The notes beneath the pieces were generated by a model, which was not told where the DNA came from, searched no databases, and worked only from the letters and a program-made list of their open reading frames with translations. A DNA stretch of 64,000 nucleotides from Kofleriaceae bacterium (GTDB lineage Bacteria > Myxococcota_A > Polyangia > Haliangiales > Haliangiaceae), in NCBI GenBank assembly GCA_965215005.1, contig CBDCCZ010000049.1, forward strand, positions 1 through 64,000. The letters are read 5' to 3'. Below are positions 1 to 11,406 of the stretch, in pieces. The translations under genes and the position numbers were made by a program. The first letter of the stretch is position 1. Each line of letters opens with the position of its first letter.

Positions 1-173
1 TCGCCTTCACGCCAGCCAGATGCCGCGGCGGGAAATCGCACCGCCTGCCGCGGGGTCAGCAGCGCCGCTTGCTGCGCCGGCGAGGGCTCGGCGCTCCACG
101 CGCGGTACGTGGTCAGGGCACAGACAGCAGCGAGGATCGAAGAGGTTAGCTTCCAACGGTTTAGTGGTGTCAT
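1..173 (-). CDS. Partial CDS (N-terminus only) of a putative exported or membrane-anchored protein running off the window edge
   Basis: ATG at 173 preceded by GGAG. The frame is open to the window start: MTPLNRWKLTSSILAAVCALTTYRAWSAEP..., which looks like a signal peptide. Confidence 0.45.
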   Translation of the reverse strand, partial: MTPLNRWKLTSSILAAVCALTTYRAWSAEPSPAQQAALLTPRQAVRFPAAASGWREG

Positions 174-356
174 GGGAGCTCCGCGGGCAGTTGGCTCGGC
201 ATAGCAGCCAAGGAACGTACGGCGCAGCAGCAGGTTCTATTCTCATCGTCGACTCCAGGAATCATTGCCCTTGCATCGATGGCGCTGCACGGCGCGTGAA
301 ACTCCGCCACCGGCCCGATTGACGGCCGGATCGGCAACTCCGTAAACTCATCCGCT

Positions 357-713
357 ATGTTGACGCCGGAGCAAGCAAGTCAGCTTCGGGAGCGGCTCCA
401 GGCAGACCGCGCCCGCCTCGCCGAAAGTGCGCTCGGCGCCTTGGGGTTCACGATGGACCGCGATCGCGACCGCGTCGGACGCGACTCCCTGGACGAGTCG
501 GCCGAGGAAGAGCTCTACTCCACCAAGCTGCGGCTCCACGATCGCGAGCAACAACTGCTGGGGAAGGTCACCGAGGCCCTCGAGCGGCTCGATGCCGGCA
601 CCATCGACGAGTGCGAAGACTGTGAAGAACAGATCGGCTTCAAGCGCCTCCTGGCCCGCCCGGTGACGACCTTGTGCATCCACTGCAAAGAGGAGCGCGA
701 GGCGAAAGAATAG
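357..713 (+). CDS. dksA: DksA/TraR family C4 zinc-finger protein
   Basis: Coiled coil with a DSLDES tip motif (DxxDxA-like), CEDC...CIHC zinc finger and an RLLARPVTTLC signature. Confidence 0.85.
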   Translation: MLTPEQASQLRERLQADRARLAESALGALGFTMDRDRDRVGRDSLDESAEEELYSTKLRLHDREQQLLGKVTEALERLDAGTIDECEDCEEQIGFKRLLARPVTTLCIHCKEEREAKE

Positions 714-953
714 CCGTCTGCACGGCAGAGCCCGCGCCGACGGCCCGCGGCTGTCGACGCGGGCCAACCCACGCAACCCACCAAAGGAGCGCTGGTCTCT
801 CCCAGTGCTCTGGCTCATTCCCTGCTGCGGGCGGCCGCGAAGCGCTGCAGCGACCCGCCGGAGTCGGACTTGTTGGTGGAATGGTCCTAACTAGCGATTT
901 CTTCTGCTACAGTTTTGCCGCTACCGGTGCAGAACGTGCAGTCGTGACCACGA

Positions 954-2312
<1,359 letters not shown>

Positions 2313-2318
2313 CCGAAG

Positions 2319-5300
2319 TCACCGCAGTCGGCGCAAGTAGTCGCGCGCCTCACGCGTCAACTCGCCGGTCGGCTGCAGCTCGACATAGCGCTTGAACGCC
2401 CGCTTTGCGGCGCTCGGCTTGCGGCTCTGCAGCGAGGCCTCGCCGAGATAGAACCACGCGTCGGGATTGCTCATCGCGTCGAGCTCGACGACCTCTTCGA
2501 AGGCCTTGGCGGCCGCCGCCCATTGCTTGCGCTCGAGCGCGATGAGGCCGGCGAACAGGTGTGCTTCGGCGTGCGCGGGATCGAGCTCGGAGGCTTTGGC
2601 GAACGCCGCGACTGCCTTATCGAGCGCGCCGGCGTAGTAATGCGCCCGGCCGATCCAGTAGTGAGCACCCGCGACTACGCGCGGCGGGCTGTGCTCGGTG
2701 GTCATCAACTCGAGCGCCTTGCCAAACGCCTCGAGCGCACCCTTCTGATCCTCGAGGAACAAGTCGACGCGACCGATCGCCAGCTGCGATTCCGAGCGCC
2801 CCGAAAACTTCTTGAGCAGCTGGGCGAGTGTCTGTCGCGCCTTGACCTCATCCTCGGTCGCCAAGAAAGCATCGAGCAGCAGCAGGCGCGAGGCGCCGTC
2901 ATCGGGCTCTAGCCCGGCGGCGCGCTCCAGCTCCACCACCGCCGCGCTGGGCATGCGGCTCTGCAGCAACGCGCGGCCACGCTCGCGCGCGATCAACCAT
3001 CGCGGCGCCGACGGCAGCTTCTCCGCTCGCTCCAAGAGCTTCTTTGCAGCTTCTGCGGCGCCGGTGACACTCATGATGCGGGCTGCTTCCAAAAGCACGC
3101 GCCCATCCTCGGGCGCCTCTTCGACCAGCTTGCTGATCGCCTCGCGCGCCCCCGCCGCATCACCGGTGTCGAGCGCAAGCGCCGCCGCTTCCATGCGCGC
3201 CTCTATGGCGTTTGGCAGCCGTTCGATCGCCTGCGCGTACGCTTGCCGCGCCTCGACGAAGTTGGCCTCACCGCGCTCTAGGCGCGCCAGCTCGAGGTAG
3301 GCGCCGCCCGCAGACGGCTGCTCGACGAGCGTCTCGAGGAGGTTGCGCGCCCGGCGAACATCGCCGACTCCGCGGAGCGCCGCGGCGTATACCAGACCGA
3401 GCTCAGCAATCTCGGGATGGTCGCCATACGGTTCTTCGAGCCGCTTCACCGCCGCCGCCGCCTGCCCCCGCGCCAGGTCCACCCGCGCCCGCGCGATCAG
3501 CGCCGGCACCAAGGCTGGATTTTCAGCTAGCGCCGAATCGAGGTCGCTGGTCGCTGCTGCTAGCTCGCCTAATGCCAGCCGCGCGCGTCCCCGCGCCGCT
3601 AGCGCCTCGGGATGCGTGGACAGATCCTCGACCGCCTCGAGCACCGCCAGCGCCTGGGCTGGATCACTAGCCGCGAGGGCAACATTGGCGAGCACCACTC
3701 GCGAGCTCAGCCGATCGGGCCACTTGCCGAGCACCCGCTCCGCCTCTTGCCGCGCGGCCTCGGTATCGCCCACCATCATGAGCAGCTCGGTGAGCGATTC
3801 GGCGAGCTCGAGGTCGCCCGGTGGCCGCAGCTCGCGGGCGCTTTCGAGCGCGGCGCGTGCGCCGTCTGGGTTGCCACGAGCCAGGTGCACCTCGGCCAGG
3901 GTCAGCGCCGCCCAAGCGAGCTGTTTGGCCGAGGGTTGCGCCTCATCGGGGCGCGCTCTGGCGGCCAGCAGCGCTTCGAGCTGGGTTTCCGGATCGCCGG
4001 GCGGCGGCAGTGCGGCGCCGCGAGCCAGCACCTGCGCACGACCGATGACCGCTGCGGGATGGCCGGGAACCAGGTCTGCGGCGCGCTCGAACGCCGACTT
4101 GGCCTCGGCGAAGCGACGGCGGTCGGTCTCCGCTTCGCCTAGTCCGACCAAGATGAGCGGGCGCTGGCCGAGCTCCATCGCGGCCCGAAACGCCTCCGCG
4201 GCTTTACCAGGCTGCTCGGCAAGCAGCGCTGCGCGGCCGCGCAGATACGGCCCAAGCCCCTCCTGTGGATAGCGATCGACGACCTCGTCGGCCCGGGTTG
4301 CCGCCTCCTGCACCCTCCCCTGCGCCAGGGCCAGATAGGCGCGCGCCACCGCCGCATCGGCGTTTTCGAAGTTGCCGAGACGATCGACGGCAACCTCGGC
4401 ATCGGCAAGGCCCTCGCCAAACTCGGCGGCCAACGCCGCGCGAACGCGGGCAAGGCTGGCGCGGGTCGCCGGGCTGTCGCGCACCACCGCAATGCGGGCG
4501 AAGGTATCGCGGGCGGCGCGATAGCCGGCGTAGGTATCGGTTCGCGCCAGCTCGATCGCGGCTCGACGAGCGGCTTCGATCTGCCGCTCGAGGCGAATCT
4601 GGCGGATCTTCAGGCCGGCGAACACGCCCGCCGCCACCACCAGCACCGCCAGCACTCCGTAGAGAAACAGTCCACTGCGCGAGCCGCCTTGACGCGGGAC
4701 CGCCGAGGTGCGGTCGGCTTGTTTGGCGCGCTTGTCGCGTTTCTTCTGCGGAGTCCGCTCCGGCTCGACCGCGGCGCGCGATGGGGCATCGCCAGTGGCC
4801 GGCGCGACCGTGATGCCCGTGGTGTCATCCGCCGCCTTCGGTCCGCGAGGCGCTGCTGCAATGCCGAGGCCGGCGCGAATCATCTGCATATCCCCGTGCT
4901 CGGCGCGCGGCATGGGCTTGGCGCCGCTGCTGCCATCGTCGGGGAACAATTCGTCGATCGAAACCGGCGTGGCCGGCGCGGTCGAGCTGCGTTGCTCGCT
5001 GCGCCCGGGCGAAGGGTTGGCAACCGGCACGACGGAGCTGCGCTCGTAGCTGCGCCCGAGCGGCGTCTCGGGGGTGGTTCCGACCTTGGTCGACCCGGCG
5101 AAATCTTCCAAATGGCCGCGCTTGCCTCGAGCCATGCTCCAGCCCTCGGGAACCACCGCCGGCGCCACCGGCTCATCAAAGCTGCCGGTGGGGCCATCGT
5201 AGGTGATGGGCTCTTGCTCGGGCTCACCGTAATGGCGCGTCGGCTCTTCGCTGGAATCCAGATCGCCAACGACCGTGGCTTCCTCGTCATCGAACGCCGA

Positions 5301-5915
5301 CAGCGGCGCGCGCCTCGAGGCGCCGACCGGCAGCGCAGACGCTCGGCTCTCCTCGAGAATTAGATCGCCCGCGTCGAGCTCGATGATGTCCGAGTCCTCG
5401 CTGCCCAGCGCCATCGCCGGCCGGCTCCGACTGCTCTGCACCATTCCGAGCGTGGGATCGACCTCGACGGTGCCCGAGCCGCCGCTGCCGTAGTCCGATA
5501 CTGGCATCGGATAGTTCTTGGTCGCGTTATCGCCAAGGCTACGGAGGGATCGCGATTCGCGACCCGAACGCCGCGCTTCCGCAAGCAGGGCGGCCACGGC
5601 GGGATCGCCCGGCGCAGCGCGCTTGGCCTCGTCGAGCACTTCGACGGCTTCCTCGGCATCGCCCTTGCGAAGCAACGCCTCGCCCTTGAGCGCCAGCGCT
5701 TCGGCGCGGCCCATCTCGAGCTCGAGCGTGACCCGCATCTCCGCGAGCACCTCGTCGTAGCGGCACAGCGACATCAGCGCGCTGCCGAGAATGATGCGGC
5801 CGTCGGCGTCGGTCGGATGGGCGAGCAGACCCAGACGGCAGACCTTGACGGCATCTTGATAGCGGCCTTGGTCGAGGAGCGCTCGGCCGCGCTGTACGAA
5901 CTCGATCGACGACAC
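2319..5915 (-). CDS. Large bitopic TPR-repeat protein
   Basis: N-terminal TPRs, an acidic/Pro-rich linker, a single TM (LFLYGVLAVLVVAAGVFAGL) and a long C-terminal TPR array. Confidence 0.85.
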   Translation of the reverse strand: MSSIEFVQRGRALLDQGRYQDAVKVCRLGLLAHPTDADGRIILGSALMSLCRYDEVLAEMRVTLELEMGRAEALALKGEALLRKGDAEEAVEVLDEAKRAAPGDPAVAALLAEARRSGRESRSLRSLGDNATKNYPMPVSDYGSGGSGTVEVDPTLGMVQSSRSRPAMALGSEDSDIIELDAGDLILEESRASALPVGASRRAPLSAFDDEEATVVGDLDSSEEPTRHYGEPEQEPITYDGPTGSFDEPVAPAVVPEGWSMARGKRGHLEDFAGSTKVGTTPETPLGRSYERSSVVPVANPSPGRSEQRSSTAPATPVSIDELFPDDGSSGAKPMPRAEHGDMQMIRAGLGIAAAPRGPKAADDTTGITVAPATGDAPSRAAVEPERTPQKKRDKRAKQADRTSAVPRQGGSRSGLFLYGVLAVLVVAAGVFAGLKIRQIRLERQIEAARRAAIELARTDTYAGYRAARDTFARIAVVRDSPATRASLARVRAALAAEFGEGLADAEVAVDRLGNFENADAAVARAYLALAQGRVQEAATRADEVVDRYPQEGLGPYLRGRAALLAEQPGKAAEAFRAAMELGQRPLILVGLGEAETDRRRFAEAKSAFERAADLVPGHPAAVIGRAQVLARGAALPPPGDPETQLEALLAARARPDEAQPSAKQLAWAALTLAEVHLARGNPDGARAALESARELRPPGDLELAESLTELLMMVGDTEAARQEAERVLGKWPDRLSSRVVLANVALAASDPAQALAVLEAVEDLSTHPEALAARGRARLALGELAAATSDLDSALAENPALVPALIARARVDLARGQAAAAVKRLEEPYGDHPEIAELGLVYAAALRGVGDVRRARNLLETLVEQPSAGGAYLELARLERGEANFVEARQAYAQAIERLPNAIEARMEAAALALDTGDAAGAREAISKLVEEAPEDGRVLLEAARIMSVTGAAEAAKKLLERAEKLPSAPRWLIARERGRALLQSRMPSAAVVELERAAGLEPDDGASRLLLLDAFLATEDEVKARQTLAQLLKKFSGRSESQLAIGRVDLFLEDQKGALEAFGKALELMTTEHSPPRVVAGAHYWIGRAHYYAGALDKAVAAFAKASELDPAHAEAHLFAGLIALERKQWAAAAKAFEEVVELDAMSNPDAWFYLGEASLQSRKPSAAKRAFKRYVELQPTGELTREARDYLRRLR

Positions 5916-5990
5916 CAGCGGTCGAATTCTACAACGAACGCGCAGCGCTCGGCGCTGCCGATGCGGTCACGACGACGCCCGGGGCAGCGC

Positions 5991-6452
5991 TCACGAAGCG
6001 CCGTTGGCGGCTGCCTCGTCCTTCACGGGCTCGGCAGCCAGCATTCCCGGCATCGGCTCGCCGCGCAGGTGTTTCTCGCGCACCAGGATCCACAGCGGAC
6101 CGCGCCGCTCCCACTCCTGCACTACGTGGCTCTCGTGTAGGACCCCGTGCGAATCGAGGTACCAGCTGTACTTGACGTGAACCTTGGCCTCGAGCTCGCG
6201 GTCATCGAGGCGAGCGCGAATGATCTCATAGCCGGTGATCTTGAGCTCGTCGGCGAGGCGATCGCGGCGATCGAGGAAGTCATCGCGCTCGGCGGGATCG
6301 ATGCGCGCCGCCGCGTCTTCGAAACGCTGCCAGCGAAGGCCCTCGTTGTAGACCTGCAGCGACGTCGACAGCGGCTCGCGGCGCTCGGCGCCGCCGCAGC
6401 TGAGCAGCGCAACCGTCACGAGCCCCGCAGCGGCGAGACTCAAGCGGCTCAC
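5991..6452 (-). CDS. Hypothetical lipoprotein
   Basis: Signal peptide with lipobox LLSC. 4-nt overlap with the upstream flippase gene. Confidence 0.7.
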   Translation of the reverse strand: MSRLSLAAAGLVTVALLSCGGAERREPLSTSLQVYNEGLRWQRFEDAAARIDPAERDDFLDRRDRLADELKITGYEIIRARLDDRELEAKVHVKYSWYLDSHGVLHESHVVQEWERRGPLWILVREKHLRGEPMPGMLAAEPVKDEAAANGAS

Positions 6453-8047
6453 GCGGCGCCTCGCCGGCGCAAGACAGCCCGCAGCGCCGCGAGATCCGCC
6501 CCGCCGAGCTCGCGCGTCACCACCAGTGTGATTAAAAAGCTCAGCGCCACCAACGCCGCTTCCAAGAGCGAAGGCAGCGGCGCGGTAAACGGCAGCAGCC
6601 GGCCGACCAGCATCGCGACGGCGATCGCGAGCGGCACGCGCACCAGCGTCGCCGCCGGAAGAAACGCGCCGAGCCGCCTTGCCATGACCAGCCCACCGAG
6701 AGCAGCGCCGAGCAGCATCGCGAGCGCGGTGGTGGTGGCGGCGGCGGCGAGCACCTCAGGACCGGGCTCAAAACGGGGAATCACCAGATAGTTTCCCAGC
6801 GCTGCGGCCGCTAGCGTCACCGCCGCGACCGCAATGGCTTGGCGAGTGAGGCCAGCGCCGTTGAGGATGGTCCCGGCGATCGCAAAGATCGAAAACGCGA
6901 CATTGCCCAGCGCCAGCGCCACCAACGCTTTGGCTCCGATGAGGGCGTAGTCGGACTGATACGGGATGTCTAGCAGCGGCTGCGGGTTGGCAGCGAACGT
7001 CACGGCGATGGTGGTCGCAAAGATCAGCGAGTACCGCATGGTGGTGTGGATGTAGCGACGCGTCGAGGCCTGATCGCGCTCGAACGTCGCGCGCGACACC
7101 AGCGGAAAGATGACGAACGTCGCCGCGATGATCGCTTGATACGAGAGCCGCGCGAGGTTCTGCACCGCGCGGTAATAGCCAACTTGCACATCCGCCGCCG
7201 CCGAAGGCGACAGCTGAAACTCCATTACCCGTCGAAGCGGCGCCGGCAACACCTCAATGACCAGCTCGAGCGCGCCGTGGTCGCGGCGCATGAACCATTC
7301 GGTGACCAGCCGCTTGAGCAGCTGCTGATCGACGAACATGAGCAGGTTCATGAGGACCAAGTAGATGGCAACGCCGGCGAAGAACGACACCATCGGCGCC
7401 AGCGGCTGGCGCTCGCTTGGCGGCAGCCGACCCGGCAGTCCCACCGCCACCACCGCGATGACGAGGATGACTCCCACCGCCGCGACCCAGCCACCGATAG
7501 CGCCGTAAAGCCCCAGCCCCGCGAGCGACAGGCCGAGAATGCCGAGCGCGCGGAGGGTCGCGAAGGTGATGTCCAGGCCGGCTTGTTTGCCAAACTCGCG
7601 GCGACCGTTGGCGGTGCCGACGAACACCGCATAAAAGGAGTAGCCCGCAACAATGGCGCCAGCGAGCATGAGCGGCTGGGTCTTGCCAGGATCGTGATAG
7701 AAGCGCGCGAGTAGCGGCGCTAGTGCGATGAAGAGCACCGCCACCGGCAAACCGACGTAGAGGTGCATGCGCAGCCCAGCGGCTTGCACCGCGCGCGCGT
7801 GCTCGGGGCGCTGCGATGTAAACCGCGACACCGCCTGAATCGAGCCGGTGATGAGCACGTTGTTGAGCGGCGACACGGTCGAGGCAACGACCGCGTAGGC
7901 GCCAAACACGACATTGGAGAGAATCACCGGCAAGCGAAACTCGATCACCGCGCCGGCGATCATGAAATACAGCTTCGCGAAGGCAATGAAGAGGACTCCG
8001 CGGCCGGCCGCCGAGGCCTCGGTAGATCGCTTAGAGGATTCGTTCAT
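6449..8047 (-). CDS. MOP-superfamily (MurJ/Wzx-like) flippase
   Basis: Many TM segments, with [13 protein letters not shown] and IFPLVS motifs typical of MOP flippases. Confidence 0.8.
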   Translation of the reverse strand: MNESSKRSTEASAAGRGVLFIAFAKLYFMIAGAVIEFRLPVILSNVVFGAYAVVASTVSPLNNVLITGSIQAVSRFTSQRPEHARAVQAAGLRMHLYVGLPVAVLFIALAPLLARFYHDPGKTQPLMLAGAIVAGYSFYAVFVGTANGRREFGKQAGLDITFATLRALGILGLSLAGLGLYGAIGGWVAAVGVILVIAVVAVGLPGRLPPSERQPLAPMVSFFAGVAIYLVLMNLLMFVDQQLLKRLVTEWFMRRDHGALELVIEVLPAPLRRVMEFQLSPSAAADVQVGYYRAVQNLARLSYQAIIAATFVIFPLVSRATFERDQASTRRYIHTTMRYSLIFATTIAVTFAANPQPLLDIPYQSDYALIGAKALVALALGNVAFSIFAIAGTILNGAGLTRQAIAVAAVTLAAAALGNYLVIPRFEPGPEVLAAAATTTALAMLLGAALGGLVMARRLGAFLPAATLVRVPLAIAVAMLVGRLLPFTAPLPSLLEAALVALSFLITLVVTRELGGADLAALRAVLRRRGAA

Positions 8048-8263
8048 GGGCCAGCATCGAGCGCCGCAGCCGCGAGCTGCGCATAGTTAGGGGATCGTTG
8101 GCTGCGAGCAAATCGCATCCGTTGGTAGCACTGTCGCTGGCCGTCGAGCAACGGCACCAACGAGCCGGATCGCGTTGACGGATGCGCGGGCGCACCTGCC
8201 TCGCGTGCGTCAGCCAGCCTCAGAATCGCCGCTCGTTCCCAGCGGTACGACGCCGCGGCGTTC

Positions 8264-10555
8264 ATGACGCAGAAACTCTGCGGCGGCGGACTGACGGGCA
8301 CGGCACCTGCAGAACAGGCGGCGATGACCTCGATGGTCATGTTCAAACGTCTCAGTCCCACCGAGTGGGAGTGGTTTCCGCCTCGCGACCAGTCGCCGTC
8401 GGAGCGCGCGCGGGGTCCGAGGCTCGCACCCGAGATGGGCGCTCGGCTGCGCCGCGATGCCGACGCGGTCTCGGTGCGAGTGCGGTGGTTCGACGGCCAT
8501 CGCGTCGTCGAAGACTCGCGCGACGTCGAGCTGCACGGCGAGTCCAGCTTTCTGGCTGGGCCGCCGCTGCCGAGTGACCGACTGGCGCGCGCCGAGCGCG
8601 GCGCAGTGATATGCGTGGCCGCCGAACGAATAGCCGACGTCGTCGATCAAGAGCGCTGGCTGCTCACCATCGATCTATGGGATCGGCCGCTTGGCGCCGA
8701 GACCGAGCGGCTCCGCGAGATCGCCGCCGACGTCATGGGTGAGCACGTGCTCGGTTGGGCGTTTGGCGACGATGCGCATTCGATCCTCGAGCTGGCGCGC
8801 GGTCACCTGCCGGCGTTTGGCCGTCGTAACCTCTGGACCGGCGCTGGCCTGGATGAAGAAGAGTGGTTGGCGGTGCGAAGCTGGCTTGCAGAGCATGTCC
8901 GCCACGAGGCGCTGCAACGGCTGCTCGAGGCTGCACGCACGCCCGCAGTCGAAGCAATTTGTGCGGCTTTGGGCGAGAGCGAGCGCCGCGCGACTCGCAG
9001 CGAGCTCGCCGCCGCCGTCGTGCGTCGCTACGGGGACGAGCTGCTCGCGAGGCGCGCGCGACGACGGCTGCTCGTCAAAGAACGGTTTCGGCACGCGCAG
9101 TCGGCACCCGAGCCGCCGCACTCATGGGTGCGCGGCGGCCCCGCAGCCCACGCCTTCGTTCGCGAGCTCGAGTTGCCTTCCTCGCTTGCGGGGCGCCCTA
9201 CGCCGCGAACGCCGGAGTTCGAAGAAGCCGCGGCGCTGCCGCCGCTCGGGCCGCTGCATGATTACCAGCGGCAAATCGCAGCGGGACTTCGCGAGGTGCT
9301 CGGCGCTCGCGACCACCAAGATAGACGCGCGGTGGTGTGGCTTCCGACCGGAACCGGCAAGACCCGCGTGACGGTCGAGACGCTGCTCATGGAGGTGCCG
9401 CTGGTGCCGCCACGAAACGTCATCTTGTGGATCGCTGACCGCGAGGAGCTGTGCGAGCAAGCCATCGCCAGCTTCCGTCATGTTTGGATGGTGCGCGGCC
9501 GGCAAACCCCCGGCGCCCGCGCCCGCAGCATCGCGACGCTGCGCATCGCGCGCCTCTACGGCGGTCGCGGCTGGCAAGATGTCACCTCGCTGCCGACGCT
9601 GGTGTGCGCCAGCGTGCAAACCCTCGCCAGCCGCGTCAAAGACGAGGAATTCGAGCTGCGCCTGGCCGAGCTCGGTCGCCGCTGTGCGGCCGTGGTGTTC
9701 GATGAAGCACACCACGTCGTCGCGCCGAGCTACGGCGAGGTTATCCGCGCGCTGGGACTTGGCCAGGAGCCGAACGTGCTCGACGACGACAGCACCACCG
9801 GTGCGCCGCTCATCGGCCTCACCGCCACCCCGTTCCGCAGCCGCCAAGACGAAACCGAAGAACTAGCCGAGCGATTCCACGGCCGCTTGGTGGAGCCCGA
9901 GCCGCCGTACGCCTCGATTCGCGGGTTTATTCGCCGCGGTTATCTTTCGCGTCCGCGGCTCGAGGTGGTGGCCACTGGCTACACGCTGCAACAGTTTGAA
10001 AGCGACTTCGAAGACTGGCGCGCGCACCAGCGCCTGCCAGCGACCACCCTGGCGCAAGCCGGACGCGATCCGGCGCGCACGGCGGCTATTTTGGCCGACC
10101 TCGAGCCGCGGCTCGACGATCTGCGTTCGGTGCTGGTGTTTGCGTGCTCGGTCGAGCACGCGCAAACCATCGCCGAGGTGCTCTCGCGCCGCGGCCATCG
10201 CGCCGAGTCGCTGCACGGCGGCAGCTCGCGGGCGGTGCGTCACGGCGCGATCCGGCGATTTCGCAGCGGCATCCTCGAGGCGCTCGTCACCTGCGAGCTG
10301 CTCACCACCGGCTTCGACGCCCCCAACTGCGACGCGGTGGTGCTAGCGCGACCGGTGGAGAGCCCGGTGCTGTTCGCGCAGATGGTCGGCCGCGGCCTGC
10401 GAGGGCCCAAGAATGGCGGAACCGCCGCGTGCCTGCTGCTCGATTACGAGGACAACATCGGCGACTTCCGCGAGCTCGAACTGCTCCGCGCCGGTTATCG
10501 CACCGCGTGGGACGAGGACGAGGACGAGCCGCTAGCCGCGGACAGTCGCGCATGA
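8264..10555 (+). CDS. Superfamily 2 DExH helicase (ResIII/Helicase_C type) with long N-terminal extension; start uncertain (8264-8339)
   Basis: LHDYQ Q-motif, PTGTGKT, DEAHH, GLTATP, LTTGFDAP and QMVGRGLR motifs. Confidence 0.9.
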   Translation: MTQKLCGGGLTGTAPAEQAAMTSMVMFKRLSPTEWEWFPPRDQSPSERARGPRLAPEMGARLRRDADAVSVRVRWFDGHRVVEDSRDVELHGESSFLAGPPLPSDRLARAERGAVICVAAERIADVVDQERWLLTIDLWDRPLGAETERLREIAADVMGEHVLGWAFGDDAHSILELARGHLPAFGRRNLWTGAGLDEEEWLAVRSWLAEHVRHEALQRLLEAARTPAVEAICAALGESERRATRSELAAAVVRRYGDELLARRARRRLLVKERFRHAQSAPEPPHSWVRGGPAAHAFVRELELPSSLAGRPTPRTPEFEEAAALPPLGPLHDYQRQIAAGLREVLGARDHQDRRAVVWLPTGTGKTRVTVETLLMEVPLVPPRNVILWIADREELCEQAIASFRHVWMVRGRQTPGARARSIATLRIARLYGGRGWQDVTSLPTLVCASVQTLASRVKDEEFELRLAELGRRCAAVVFDEAHHVVAPSYGEVIRALGLGQEPNVLDDDSTTGAPLIGLTATPFRSRQDETEELAERFHGRLVEPEPPYASIRGFIRRGYLSRPRLEVVATGYTLQQFESDFEDWRAHQRLPATTLAQAGRDPARTAAILADLEPRLDDLRSVLVFACSVEHAQTIAEVLSRRGHRAESLHGGSSRAVRHGAIRRFRSGILEALVTCELLTTGFDAPNCDAVVLARPVESPVLFAQMVGRGLRGPKNGGTAACLLLDYEDNIGDFRELELLRAGYRTAWDEDEDEPLAADSRA

Positions 10556-11394
10556 GTCACCCGCGGATGCCCGGCTAAGTCGCGCCGCAGCTCGGGCGGC
10601 TCGAAGGCGCCGACGCCAGCAACGATCGCCGCGACTGCGTCGGCCTGATCGTAGCCGTGCTCGAGCACCAACAGCCCGCCCGACCGCAGCCGCGCCGGCG
10701 CCTCACTGCACAAGCGCCGAATCAAATCCAAGCCATCGTCGCCGCCATCGAGCGCCGCTGCCGGCTCGGCGCGAACCTCGGCATCGAGCTCGGCGAGGTC
10801 ATCGGTGGGGATGTACGGCAGGTTTGCGACCAGCACGTCGACGGTTTCGCCGCCAAGCGGCGCTGTCAAGTCGCCCACCCGAACCTCGACGCGCTCGGCG
10901 ACGCCGTTGCGCACAGCGTTGCCGCCGGCGATGGCCGCCGCCTCGGGTGAGGAATCGATGGCGATGACCCGCGCCGCCGATAGCTCGCGGGCCAAGGTCA
11001 CAGCGATCGCGCCCGAGCCGGTTCCGATGTCGGCGATGGACCAAGGTGCGGCGCGGTCGGCGAGATTGTCGAGAACTACCTCGATGACCACCTCGGTGTC
11101 GCCGCGGGGAATCAGCACCGCGCGGCTCACCGTGAACGGCAGTGACCAAAATTCCTGCTCGCCCACCAGATAGGCCACTGGCTCGCCAGCGAGCCGCCGC
11201 TGAATCAACGCGCGAAACGCGGTGAGCTCTTCGGTGGCCAGCGGCTTATCAAAGCTGGTGTAGAGCTGCACGCGGGTGCATCGCAACACGTGCGCCAGGA
11301 GCACCTGAGCGTCGAGGCGCGGGCTGTCCAGCGCATCGCGTTCGAACCGTTCGGTGGTCCAGTCCAGGACCTTGAGCACCGTCCACTCCGACAC
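10495..11394 (-). CDS. prmC: Release factor glutamine methyltransferase PrmC/HemK
   Basis: RRLAGEPVAYLVG, VLIPR, DIGTGSGAIA, NLPY and ALDGGDDGL motifs. Confidence 0.95.
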   Translation of the reverse strand: MSEWTVLKVLDWTTERFERDALDSPRLDAQVLLAHVLRCTRVQLYTSFDKPLATEELTAFRALIQRRLAGEPVAYLVGEQEFWSLPFTVSRAVLIPRGDTEVVIEVVLDNLADRAAPWSIADIGTGSGAIAVTLARELSAARVIAIDSSPEAAAIAGGNAVRNGVAERVEVRVGDLTAPLGGETVDVLVANLPYIPTDDLAELDAEVRAEPAAALDGGDDGLDLIRRLCSEAPARLRSGGLLVLEHGYDQADAVAAIVAGVGAFEPPELRRDLAGHPRVTHARLSAASGSSSSSSHAVR

Positions 11395-11406
11395 CGGCGC
11401 TACGTA

